From: Hemiscyllium ocellatum
Lineage: Eukaryota
Assembly: GCF_020745735.1 (NCBI RefSeq)
Contig: NW_026867863.1
Location: 862,504 to 926,503, forward strand
Length of the DNA stretch: 64,000 bases
Direction of reading: 5' to 3'
Shown: positions 34,401 to 46,630 of the stretch, in pieces
Numbering within the stretch: position 1 is the first letter of the stretch
How the letters are laid out: every line of letters starts with the position of its first letter
Position numbers and translations under genes: made by a program
Notes under the pieces: model-generated
What the model was told of the DNA's origin: nothing
The model's database searches: none
Seen by the model: the letters and a program-made list of their open reading frames with translations, nothing else

Positions 34401-35084
34401 AGTTGCAAGTCAAGGTGGAGTCTAATTTGGAGGTAATCATTCAGATGAAGCATTTTCATGCATGCACGCCCTTATCCTCAAAGATCACAATTTTGAAACA
34501 TGTTGCCAGGGACATGTTAGAATACAAATTAGAAGCTGAATTAGGCACCTCGGTCACTTTAGAATGCTATTGTATTCATGGGATCATCATAAATCCTGCT
34601 GCTCACCAGTCTTTCCAACACCCGATAAAATTGAGCCCGATTCTTTACTGTTCAATGAACGAATGGTGAACCATTGGAATTCTCCGCCACTAAATTGCTT
34701 GAGGTTAAAACATTAAGTGATTTCAAGAAGGAGATAGATTCCTTCAATTCTGAAGATATACTACGAGTATGTGGAAAAAAAGACAAACAGGGTACAATAT
34801 CGGTTGAAAGTCATGAGAACGACGAATGGGGCATGGTTTGTAAATTTGCACATGAAACCAAAATTGGTGCTATAATTGGCAATGAACGTTATCTAAAAGA
34901 GATCGTGATCAATTGGGCAATTGGGCAAATGGGCTGAAGAGTTGCAATTGGAGTATAGATTAAATGAAAACGACCTTTAAAGAAGATAAAGCAGGTCACA
35001 ACTTGCAGAGATAATTGTAGGGCACTGGATCGTGTTGTCCAACAGAGAGACCTGGGAGTTCAGAAGCATCGATTCTTACAGCGT

Positions 35085-36965
35085 CATATAGTCATAGAGA
35101 TGTAGAGCAAGGAAATAGACTCTTTGTTCCAACTCGTCCATGCCGACCAGACATCCCACCCCAATCTAGTCCCACCTGCCAGCACATGGCCCATATCCCT
35201 CCAAACACTTCCTATTCATATAGCCATCCAAATGCCTCTTAAATGTTGCAATTGTACCAGTCTCCACCACTTGCTCTGGCATCTCATTCCATACACGTAC
35301 TACCTTCTGTGTGAAAAAGTTGTCCCTTATGTCTTTTTGTGTCTTTCCCCCTCACCCTAAACCTATTCCCTCTAGTTCTGGACTCCCCGAACCCAGGAGA
35401 AAATAAACTTTGCCTATTTACTCTAACCATGTCCCTCAGGATTTTCTAAACCTGTATAAGTTCAAGCACTAAGTCTCTGAAGTTCCAGGGAAAACAGCCC
35501 CAGCCTGTCCAGCTTCACCCTCTAGCTCACATCCACCAATCCTGGCAACATGCTTGTTAAATCTTTTCTGAACCCTTTCAAGTTCCACATCATCTTTTCG
35601 ATAATAAGGAGACCAGAATTGCACACAATGTTCCGACAGTGGCCAAAACAATGTCCTATACAGCCACAACATGTCCTCCCAACTCCTGCATTCAATACTC
35701 TGACCAATAAAGGAAAGCATAACAAACGCCTTCTTCACGATTCAATCTACCTGCGACTAGACTTTCAAGGAGGTATTAATGTGCACTCCAAGTTCTCTAT
35801 GTTCAGCTACACTCCCTCGGACCTGACCATTAAGTGTAGAATTTCTGCTAAGATTTGCTTTCATAAAATGCAGCACCTCGCATTTATCTGAATTAAACTC
35901 CATCTGCCACTTCTCAACTCATTGGCCTATCTGGTCAACGACCTGTTGTTTAATGAGATAACCCTCTCCGTTGTCCTCTACACCTCCAATTTGGTGTCAT
36001 CAACAAACTTACTAACTGTACCCCTTATGCTGGCATCCAAACCAATTATGTAAATGACAAGAAGTAGAGGCCCCAGTACCGATCCTTGTGGCACTCAACT
36101 GGGAACTGGCCTCAAGTCTGAAAAACAACTCTCCACCAAGACCCTCTATCTTCTACCTTTGAGCAAGTTCTGTATCCAAATGCTGAGTTCTCCCTGTATT
36201 CCGTGAGAGCTAACCTTGTTAATCAGTATCACATGGGGAACCTTGTCAAACGCCTGCCTGAAGTCCATATAGATCACATCTACCACTCTGCCCTCATAAA
36301 TCCTTTTTGGTAATTCCTCAAAAAACTCAGTCAAGTTTGTGAGGCAGGCTTTCCCATACACAACATCATGTTGACTATCCCTAATCAGTCCTTGCTTTTC
36401 CAAATCCAGGTACAGCCTGTCCCTCAGGATTCCCTCCAGCAACTTACCCACAACCTACGTCAGACTCACTGGTCTATAGTTCTATGGCATTTCCTCCATA
36501 AACAGTGGCGACACGATAGCCAACCTCCAGTCATCCGGCTCTTCACCTGTAACTATCATCGATACAAATATCTCATCAAGGGTCCCACAATCACTTCTCT
36601 AGATTCCCACAGAGTTTTAAGCTACACCTGATCAGGTCATGTGGATTTATCCATCTTTACCCGTTTCAAGATATCTAGCAATGTCTTTAATAACATGGAC
36701 ATTTTACAAGATGTCACTATGCATTTCCCTATGTCTTTATCTTCAATATCCTTTTTTACAGTAAATATTGACGCAAAATACTCTCGCCATTTTCTGCGGC
36801 TCAACACAAAAGCCACCATGTTGATCATTGAGGGGCCCTACTCTCTCCCTCGTTACTTTTTTGTCCGTAATGTAATTTTAAAAACTCTTCTGATTCTTCT
36901 TAATTCTATTTGCCAAAGCTGTCTCATGTCCCCTTTTTGCACTCCTGATATCCCTCTTAAGTATA
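35085..36965 (-). mobile_element. CR1-clade LINE, RT and 3' end, degenerate
   Basis: ORF 36146-36451 has DSQH..CLTNLTEFF..VDVIYMDFRQAFDKVPH. ORF 35469-35738 has EHCVQFWSPYYRKD..LERVQKRF. The CR1 tail gtcatagtcatagag lies near 35087. Confidence 0.9.
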
Positions 36966-36974
36966 CTCCTACTT

Positions 36975-37400
36975 CCTTTATACTCTCACTGGGTAGTAAT
37001 GTTGAATACAGGGACCAGGGGGTTCAGATACATAAATTCTTGAAAACATTGCCTCAAGTAGACAGTGTGTTGAAGGTTTGGCACATGCTCCTTCATTGGT
37101 CAGAGCATTGAGTGCAGGAGTTGAATCTTCTTTCTGTAACTGTACCAGACATTGGAATGAAATGCCGGAGGAAGTGGTAAATGCAGAGACAGGTACAACA
37201 CTTACAAGACATTTGCACAGGTATAGGAATTGGATAGGTTCTGATGGATGTGTGCTAATAGCAGACAAATGGAATTAGTTTAATTTGAAAACTCTGGTCA
37301 GCATGGACAAACTGTACTCTGACCAATAAAGGAAAGCATAACAAAGGAAATGTTCTGTGCTATGTGGCTTTATGACTCTATGGCTTCATTGTGCAGTTTG
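36975..37400 (+). mobile_element. CR1 3' fragment in opposite orientation
   Basis: cagggaccagggggttcagatacat..ccttcattggtcagagcattgag..tggaatgaaatgccggaggaagtggtaaatgcag, with a tatgactctatg tail. Confidence 0.7.
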
Positions 37401-37494
37401 CTCAACGTTGGTAAGCAAGTGAGGGGATAGATTGGGAGTATGAGATTGTTTGAGTTAGTAGGCTTTGGCTGGCCATTTACCAGTACGGAAAATT

Positions 37495-37672
37495 TAGCAT
37501 TGCCAATTCACCTATCTGCATATTATTGGATTGGGGGAGGAAACCGGAAGAAACCCACGCAAACACGGGCAGAATGCGCAAACACCACACAGAGTCGCCT
37601 GAGGTGGGAATTGAACCCGGGTCTCTGACGCTGCGAGGCAGCAGTGCTAACCACTATGCCACCGTGCTGCCC
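37495..37672 (-). mobile_element. HE1-type SINE, 5' half
   Basis: ggtgggaattgaacccgggtctctgacgctgcgaggcagcagtgctaaccactatgccaccgtgctgccc. Confidence 0.85.
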
Positions 37673-38094
37673 ACAGTTTCGTCAAATTGTGCTTGGTAAA
37701 TGAGGGACCGTTTGAGTTGAAATACAGGAGGTCTATCTTTGCCAAGCTTGTTAGCGGAGAGATCAGCAGAGTGCCACGCTGCTGATTGGAGAGATGTGCA
37801 GGATGCCAGGCTCTTTCGAGAGCAGAAGGTCACTGTAATGCAGTGGCAGGTGGACTTGATGTCAAAATGCAAAGCTCAGAGTCTGGAGAAATGGAATGAG
37901 GTAAAGGACAAATGCGAAAGGAGCTAGGATGCAGTGTGCACACGTTGACTTGGATAAGATGAGAGATCAGTGACCAAGGGCTGAGGTCATGCCTGGGTAG
38001 TGGGGTTCTGACAGAGGTTGTAAAAATGAGGGTGCCATGTCCAGTCAGGGCCAAATTCAACATGGACAGACGCAGGGTGGCAGCAGTGGAATTA

Positions 38095-39200
38095 CAGGGT
38101 CATATAGATGTACAGCATGGAAACAGACCCTTCGCGCCACCAAACCATGCCGACCAGATATCCCAACCCAATCTAGTCCCACCTGCCAGCACCCGACCCA
38201 TATTCCTCCAAACCCTTCCTATTCATACACCCATTAAAATTTCTCTTAAATGTTGAAATTGTAACTGCCTCCACAAATTCCTCTGGCAGCTAATTCCATT
38301 CATGGATCACTCTTTCCATGAAAAAATCCCCCCTTAGGTCTCTTTTACATCTTAGCCCTCTCACGTTAAACCTATGCACTCTTGTTCTGGATTCCCTGAA
38401 ACAAAGGAAAAGACTTTGTCTATTTATCCTATCCATGCCCCTCATAATTATATAAACCTCTGGGATTGACATTATGTATCAATCTAGAATGTAGAACATG
38501 GAACATTAGACTGCAGTACAGTCCCTTCAAGCGTCTATTTCATGCCAACCTGTGAAACCAATCTGAAACCTTTTATCCTCCACTATTTCATTTTCACCCA
38601 TATGTTCATCCAATGACATTTCACATGTCCTCAAATTTCACACATATACTATTGTTGAGACAGTGCCGTCCACACCCTTACTACTCTCTGATTAAAGAAA
38701 CTACTTCTGACACCTGTCCTCTACCTATCAGCCTTCAATTTAGGGCTATGTCCCCTCCTGCTAGCCATCATCATCCAAGGAAAAATACTCTCTCTGCTTA
38801 CCCTATCTAACCCTCTGATTATCGTATATCTCTCAATTAAGTTACCTCTCAAACTTCTCCACTCAAACAAAAACAGCCTCAAGAACCTCGTGCTTTCCTC
38901 ATAAAACCTTCCCGCCACAGGAGGCAACATCATGCTTTTGAAACACAGTCCCTCTACTAATGAAAGCCAACTCAATGTATGCCTTCTTAGCAATCCTATC
39001 AACCTGACTGGCTCTATATACATGGACACCGAGGTCTCTCTGCTCATCGACATGACCGATATGGATTGTCTTGGATGTGTTTCTTGTGATAGGGGTGGTG
39101 TATTCCGGGGATGAATGGGTGAGTAACCGGAAGGATTTGGCAATGTGAGTGGAAATTTAGGTCTAGACAGCGAGGGAGAGCAGGGCTCAGTCTGAGACAT
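38095..39200 (-). mobile_element. Two adjacent CR1 3'-end fragments (~38095-38460 and ~38480-39200)
   Basis: ORF 38290-38472 has YIIMRGMDRINRQSLF..SRTRVHRF. ORF 38721-39200 has RSLRGNLIERYTIIRGLDRV..RGHSPKL. Confidence 0.75.
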
Positions 39201-39639
39201 GATGGTTTTGGTGGTGAACTGCGTGTCAGTTTGAAATGTATTAAAGTTAAAGAGTACTTGTTAATTTTTCAAATCATATTTACGTAAATAGTCAACTCAG
39301 TTAGTTGTAACCCTTCAAAGCCTTTGAACCCTAATGCTCTTCCATTTTTCAGAGTCCTCCAGAATTCAGATAATTTTAAATTAGAAGTTTCAACTTTCAG
39401 ACAATTGACATGAGTCCAGCTATGATAGACTTCCTCCAAGTCCCAGTGCTCAGCTCCTGCCCATGCTGCTGCTGCAGTGACCATCTTTCCTGAGAGAACA
39501 TTCTGCCTTGATAAATGAGAAAGAGTCACTGGACCTGAACTGTTCACTCTGATTTCTTTCTAGAAATACTGCCAGCTGTTGGGTTTTTCCAGCAATATCT
39601 GATTTCGTTTCTGATTTCATGCAGCACGGTACCTAGTCG

Positions 39640-39990
39640 AGTGGCACACTGTTTCCGTGGTTAGCATTGCTACAACAAAGCACTTAGGACTCGGGTTCTA
39701 TTCCATCCTCGGGTGACTGTCTGTGTGGAGTTTTCACATTCTCTCTGTGGCTGTGTGGGTTTGTTCGAAAGGTCTATAGATGTGCAAGCTGGGTAAATTA
39801 GCCATGCTGTGTTCAGGGAGAAAGTGAGGTCCGCAGTTTCAGCATTCTGTGTTCAGGGATTGGCATGTTAGGTCCATTAGTCAGAGTTAAATGTAGAGTA
39901 TTAGGGTAGAGCAATGAGCCTGGATGGTTACTTTTCAGAGTGTTGGTGTGGATATGTTGGGCCAAATGGCCTGTTTGCACACACTGTAGA
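39640..39990 (+). mobile_element. HE1-type SINE
   Basis: ggttagcattgc..ggactcgggttctattcc..gggtgactgtctgtgtggagtttt..ttgggccaaatggcctgtttgcac. Confidence 0.8.
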
Positions 39991-40341
39991 ATTTTGATGA
40001 ATGCGCATTTCCTTGGTTTGTATTTTGTAAAACCTCTCTGCTCTTCACTTGCAACCCAGTGAAAGTGTCAGTTGGTAAGATTTTAAAACAGTTACTGGGG
40101 TGCGATCAGCATGTTCTTCTTCCTAAATTATATGGTAATGGTAAAGATAGAGGGCATGTTTATGAAGAGGAAACATATAGATCATGATCAACATCTGTTA
40201 AGAAGTAAAAATAAACTCCAGTTATACTGTGGACTTCAGCAGGAGGATGCTGGAAAACGTTTACAAATGAAGATGCATTTGAGTAACTGATATGGACAAA
40301 TTAACAGAAACTAATGTGCTCAATTGATCTTTCTATCGTAG

Positions 40342-40647
40342 AGACACCGTCTCCCCCCACGCTTTATGGCCTGGTCTCCTCCTGTGAGGACCACAACACC
40401 GGTTCTCCGATCTTTGGTTGTTTGGCAATGGACTATTACCCTGATGTAACCAAGGTAACCTGGAAGAAAGGTGGGGAGTTAATCACGACTGGATTGAAGA
40501 CTTACCGATCAGTAAGAAACAAGAGTGGAACCTATACCCAGAGCAGCCAGTTAACCCTGCCCGGGTCAGCAGTAGATTGCCCCACCAAAATCTACTGTGA
40601 GGTTCAACACAACGGGTCACACAAGAGCAAAGAAATGCCATGTCCAG
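40342..40647 (+). CDS. IGHM: Cmu1 exon, open
   Basis: (E)[45 protein letters not shown] acceptor at 40340-41 and gtaag donor at 40648. Confidence 0.95.
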
Positions 40648-40719
40648 GTAAGTGTTGTGGGAACTGAGATCAACAGAACATCTGTGATTAACATGAATGA
40701 GGCATTATTGATAACCATT

Positions 40720-41880
40720 CTCACAGAAGCATTTTATACAGCACAGGAAAAGGCCCGTTGGTCCATCCAATCCACACCTAAAAATAACAGCCACCTAACT
40801 GTGCCAGTTTCATGTGCCAGCACTTGATCCGTTGCCTTGTGTGACATGCCTTTGCAAGTATGGATCTAAATATTTCATACATATTATGAGGGGCTCAATC
40901 TCTACATAACTTGTCAGCACTGAGCTCCAGACTCACATCACCCTCTGTTTGAGATTGTTTTGACTTGAGATCCATCCTAAAACTCCTGGCCTTGCCTTCA
41001 CCCTGTGCCCCTGAGGCATTGATCTCTCCCTCAAGGGGATTGTTTTTGTCCAGTTCAGCCTGCCTGGAATTATTTGAGGTATAGACATCGCAATCATCTT
41101 CTCCTTAATTCTCTTCTGCTGCAAGGATATCCCCCGTCTGTCTAATCTTTTCATAAATAAAATACTTCAACCCAGGCAAAATCCTTGCAAAGCTCATTAA
41201 TGCTGCTTTCAGCGTAATCAAATTCTGTCGATAGCATGCACACAGCACTTCAGTATGGCCTAATCAATGTGTTATTAAGTTCCAGCATCATCTCCCTACT
41301 CTTCATTGTCAATGTCTCGCCTAAAATGAACAAATATCCTCCCGAACTTCCTCGCCTCTTTATCCATATGACGCATTAATATAGGGGATCAGTGGGTGCG
41401 AACACCAATGGCCCTCAGCTATTTCCAGGTTTCCACCATTCAAAACGTAATACCTCGCAGTTTCTTCTGCCGCAGTGCAATACTTTACTCTTATCTAGAA
41501 TGATTTCCATTTGCAACTTCTCTTCACATATAATCAATCCTTGTATGACGTCCTGCGCTCTAAAACTATCATGCTCATGACTTACCAACATGACAATTTT
41601 CCTTTCATCTCCGAAGTTGCTGATTAACCTTCCTACATTCCATTCTCAATCATTGGTATATAAGAGAAACAGCAAGGAAATCAGCACTGATCCCTGCAGA
41701 ACATCATGAGACATAGATTTACAGTCACGCAGACACCTTATGACCATTATCCTCTGCTCCCGACCACTCAGCCAATTCTCGATCCAATTTGGAAATTTAA
41801 CTCTGATCCTATTGGCTCTGATTATTGCTGTCATTTGGTCATTGATTTATCTGTCTGAAAACTACCACCAAATTGTTAAG
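40720..41880 (-). mobile_element. Degenerate CR1 fragments
   Basis: ORF 41646-41834 has NWIENWLSGREQRIMV..VLQGSVLISLLFLLYTND. A CR1 3'-like piece lies near 40730-41000. Confidence 0.65.
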
Positions 41881-43699
41881 ATATGATTTTCTCTCAATAA
41901 AACCATGCTGGAAGTTGTTGATTGATCTTGCAAATGAAGACAAATTCTGCTCCTCAATAGTTCCAATAGTTTCCCTACCACTGAGACTAGCTTGAAAGAT
42001 CTGCATTTTCATTGTTTATCCCTTCCTTCCTCCTGCATAACAATGCAACGTTGACTGATCTGCACTCACATGTCAGACAGTAATTCTAAACCATTGTCAG
42101 CGACACAACTATTGCATCCTTTGCATCACTCAACAGCTTGTTATATATTTCATCTGCCCTGGAAATATAAGCACGTTTCATCCAGCAAGACAACAAAGAA
42201 CATCACATCGTCTGACCGAACTTTTGAAAGTACATTACAACACTCCTCCATGATTTCTATCCCCACATTGTTTCTCTTACTGTTGAAAACTGACACAGCA
42301 CATTTGTTTCGACTGCAACGTAATCCTCTGGCTCATGCCAATAATATCATCTAATGGGTATTACTGTTCCCCAAATTATTCTTTTATGAATGAACCCATA
42401 ACTTATTAAAATAGTTTTCTTTATTTTGACTGTTATTATTTTCTCATGGTCCCTTTTCCTCTCCTAATACATTTTTTTTCTTGCAAATACCCATTTGCAC
42501 ATTCTGTCCTTCATTCTAATTTCTATTGTTTTGAGATTTCAGTATAGAACGGAAGTCTCCCTTGTTTCTGTTCATCTCACCCGCTATGTCCTTTTACGTT
42601 CCAGGCTCGCTGCATTCTTGGTCCCACGCTGTGGATTCATGGGAAATGTTCTCCCTGCGCTTTTCCTATTTCTTTTATTTTAAATGTGCCACAATGCTCT
42701 GATTTAGATTTACCAGGAAGTTTCAGATTCCAGTCCACTCTGGTCAAACCATTACCTTATCTTATTACCATTGTCCTTCCCCTTTCAGAACTTTGGACCC
42801 ATTTCTATCCTTTTCCAGAACAATCTGGAATCCAACAGATTGAAGATCACCATCTGCAAAGAGCTCCACCATTGATTTTTACCTACTCGATCGATTTCAA
42901 TCTCTAAAGTAAAGTCCAGGTTCACCCCTCTCTTGCAAATTCTGGATTAAAATGTTCTGTATTAAACACTAACTTTGCGAAAATATTGTCCTGGGGGCAT
43001 TTTCAAAATTCTGTTCCCTCTAAATTTTTGGCAAAATGAATATCCAAGCCTACGCTGAGGAAGACAAAATCCTGTTTTCTCATTTAATTTACGTTTAAGA
43101 TAATTTACGTTGCTCTGACATTTGCCCATGTATCTGCACTTCTCAGCCATTTGGACAAAACAGTAAGGTCTATCGTGCTCTGCCAGTGGTTATGTTTGCT
43201 GTATTCTGGTTTGGAAGTACTGTTTATTTGCCTTCGTTTCTCTTTCCAGTCTAAAATACTCTTGTCAGAATTACTACAGAACGGACATTTTCGACCACTC
43301 ACCCACTCCCCCATTTTTCCCATCATTCCCTGTCTCGCCTGAAGGCACTAAATTGTGGAATATTGAATAGTCACTTCTGCCCCTCTCTCAACATGTCACC
43401 ATGAGAGCAATCGCATAATTTCCTCGTTTAAGCCATTAATTCATCCGCCTTGTTCATCAAACTCTTTCATTATAACGAATACCATCAAAAGTTTTTACGT
43501 CACTTCTGATTTGACCAGCCTATCATTTCTATGCCTCTTAGATTCCCTTGCAGAGTCCTCTAATTTTAGCCCATCACATTGTCCTGCTGATCTTTCTGTG
43601 TGGATCTCAGCTTCTCTAACACTCTGCAAATTATGATTCTGGTAATATCGGGGTTAGTATAATATATAAGATCTGTTTGCGGAGCTGGAAGTTTTTGTT

Positions 43700-43739
43700 G
43701 CGAACGTTTCGTCCCCTGGCTAGGAGACATCATCAGTGC
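43700..43739 (-). ncRNA. Minimal hammerhead ribozyme motif (family C), one stem I mismatch
   Basis: The reverse complement reads GCA-CTGATGA-T-GTCTCCT agcc AGGGGAC-GAAA-C-GTT-CGC. Confidence 0.65.
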
Positions 43740-45450
43740 TCTGGAGCCTCCTGTGAAGCGCTTCTTTGATGTTTCTTCCGGTATTTATAGTGGTCTGTCC
43801 TTGCCGCTTCCGGGTGTCAGTTTCAGCTGTCCGCTGTAGTGGTTGGTATATTGGGTCCAGGTCGATGTGTTTGTTGATGGAGTTTATGGATGAATGCCAT
43901 GCCTCTAGGAATTCCCTGGCTGTTCTCTGTCTGGCTTGCCCTATGATAGTAGTGTTTTCCCAGTAGAATTCATGTTGCTTGTTGTCTGAGTGTGTGGCTA
44001 CTAGGGATAGCTGGTCGTGTCGTTTTGTGGCTAGCTGATGTTCATGGATGCGGGTTGTTAGCTGTCTTCATGTTTGTCCTATATAGTGTTTTGTGCAGTC
44101 CTTGCATGGTATTTTGTAAACTACATTAGTTTTGCTCATGTTGGGTATCGGGTCCTTTGTTCTAGTAAGTTGTTGTCTGAGCGTGGCTGTTGGTTTGTGT
44201 GCCGTTATGAGTCCTAAGGGTCGCAGTAGTCTGGCTGTCAGATATGAAACGCTTCTGATGTATGGTCGTGTGGCTAGTCCTTTTGATTGTGGCATGTCCT
44301 CGTTCCGTGGTCTATCTCTTAGGCATCTGTTGATAAAGTTGCGCCTCACTACACACTTCACAGTCAACAATCAGATATACGAACAAATCAACGGAACACC
44401 CATGGGATCACCAATCTCGGGACTCATAGCAAAGGCAGTTATTCAAAGGTTAGAACAAACAACCCTACCACAAATTCAACCCAAACTCTGGGTCAGATAT
44501 GTCGATGACACTTTTGTAATCATCAAAAACACAGAAATAGAAAAAATACACCGGATCATCAACGCCACACTCACAGGAATCCGATTCACGAGAGAAGAAG
44601 AAAAGGATAGCCAACTCCCATTCGTGGACGTGTTAATACAGAGAACACTGAACGGAGAATTCACCACAAGGGTACACAGGAAAACACCACACACAGACCA
44701 AGTCCTAAACTATGAAAGTAACCACCCCATCACACACAAACGAAGCTGCATCAGGACACTATTCAAAAGAGCCACAACACACTGCAGTACACCAGAACTG
44801 CGAAAAGAGGAACACCTATAAAAGGTATTCGCCAAAAACGGATACCCGCGCAAATTTATCAAGATGCCTAAGAGATAGACCACGAAACGAGGACATGTCA
44901 CAACCAAAAGGACTAGCCACACGAGCATACATCAGGAGTGTTTCATATCTGACAGCCAGACTACTGCGACCCTTAGGACTCATAACGGCACACAAATCAA
45001 CAGCCATGCTCAGACAGCAACTTACTAGAACAAAGGACCCGATACCCAACATGAGCAAAACTAATGTAGTTTACAAAATACCATGCAAGGACTGCACAAA
45101 TCACTATATAGGACAAACAGGAAGATAGCTAACAATCCGCATACATGAACATCAGCTAGCCAAAAAACGACACGACCAGCAGTCCCTAGTAGCCACACAC
45201 TCAGACAACACGCGACAAGAATTCGACTGGGAAAATACTACTATCATAGGGCAAGCCAGACAGAGAACAGCCAGGGAATTCCTAGAGGCATGGCATTCAT
45301 CCACAAACTCCATCAACAAACACATCGACCTGGATCCAATATACCAACCACTACAGCGGACAGCTGAAACTGACACCCGGAAGCGGCAAGGACAGACCAC
45401 TATAAATACCGGAAGAAACATCAAAGAAGCGCTTCACAGGAGGCTCCAGA

Positions 45451-45490
45451 GCACTGATGATGTCTCCTAGCCAGGGGACGAAACGTTTGC
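45451..45490 (+). ncRNA. Minimal hammerhead ribozyme motif (family C)
   Basis: GCA-CTGATGA-T-GTCTCCT agcc AGGGGAC-GAAA-C-GTT-TGC. Stem I is GCA/TGC, stem II is 7 bp, stem III is palindromic ACGT, and the triplet is GUU. Confidence 0.75.
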
Positions 45491-45636
45491 AACAAAAACT
45501 TCCAGCTCCGCGAACAGAACCACAACAACGAGCACCCGAGCTACAAATCTTCGCACAAACTTTCAATAATATATAAGAGCTGACTGCATTTGTTATTAAA
45601 TTCGTCAGATAATTTATTCATATATATTTCCTTAAG

Positions 45637-45947
45637 GTCCAGATGTTTTCCCTCCAACTCTTCTCCTGACTGTGAGTCCCAATGAAGAAATCACAAGCAA
45701 CAAGTATGCCACTCACGTCTGTTAATATTCGATTTCTATCCAAAGTCAACCTCAGTGATTTGGTTGAAAGATGGCCTACCTTTGGATTCTGGCTTCTTCA
45801 CGTCTCCTGTGTGTGAGGCGAGCGGGAACTTTTCGGTGACGAGTCGCCTGATGATCCGTTATAGTGAATGGTTCGACAGCGCAGTCTATACCTTCCAGGT
45901 CACTCATGGAGAGAACACTCAAAGTAAAAATATCACCGCATTCCAGG
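45637..45947 (+). pseudogene. IGHM: Cmu2 exon with -1 frameshift and loss of the second Cys
   Basis: [28 protein letters not shown], then a 1-nt deletion at ~45723 gives TAA in frame. The shifted frame reads [24 protein letters not shown] (TTC at 45893-95 for Cys). Splice sites are intact. Confidence 0.92.
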
Positions 45948-46099
45948 GTAAGAGGCACATACTAAGAGGGTTACAAATCATTTTGAACTCGCCTATGAAT
46001 CAAACACACAGTTTTATCAGGCTTAGTAAACAAATCTGTACAGCTTCTCATTTCCCAAAGTGTCATGTGCCTCGTATTTCTGTTTGAGTGTCGCATTAG

Positions 46100-46630
46100 C
46101 ATTGCTCATAATTCATTATTTTAGCTCATCAGAAAAGCATGTTTCCTCTTTGTTGAAGACGAGTAGACAGTGAACTTTGTTAAATAGTTTTTTGGCTGAC
46201 CATGCTGGGAGAGGCATTCAGAGTGCCGAGCCCTTGCCTGGTAGCGGCCAAAAGGATAATTTGTGGTCAGGGGTGTCTGAGAGGCATCTGATTGAAACCT
46301 GACAGTCCAAGTTAGAGTGAACGTGTAGTAGATGTTTTGACCAGTAGGCGATAGTAGGGTCCACGGGCACAGTCTCAAAGTCGAAGGGAGCACCATCTGA
46401 TACTAAGATGGGGAGGAATTTCCTCTTCCAGAGGGTGATTTATCTATGGAGCGAATTGCTGCAGAGTGCTGTGGAGCGCAGGCCATTGTCAGCCTTGAAA
46501 CAGAGATGGATCAGCTCTTGCTTAGTACGGGGAGAAGGCGGGAGAATGGGGTTGAGAAACATATCAGCCATAATTGAATGGTGGAGAAGACTTGATTGAC
46601 CGAATAGTCTCATTGTGATCATCTATCTTA
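46100..46630 (+). mobile_element. CR1 fragments
   Basis: ORF 46408-46599 has GRNFLFQRVIYLWSELLQSAVE..ALKQR (CR1 C-terminus) and a tail-like tctcattgtgatcatctatct. Confidence 0.6.

Larger units (their letters stand above)
43672..45565 (+). mobile_element. 5'-truncated Penelope-like element with inverted 3' repeat and 13-bp TSD
   Basis: ATAATATATAAGA occurs at 43659-43671 and 45566-45578. RT reads QINGTPMGSPISG..WVRYVDDTF and GIY-YIG reads VVYKIPCKDC..YIGQTGR. 43672-44340 is the reverse complement of ~44852-45519. Confidence 0.92.

Noticed and set aside
44132-44821. 229-aa ORF as a novel fusion protein
   Set aside because: Its first ~70 aa are the antisense reading of the inverted PLE arm, fortuitously in frame with the truncated RT. 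It has no promoter or start context of its own.
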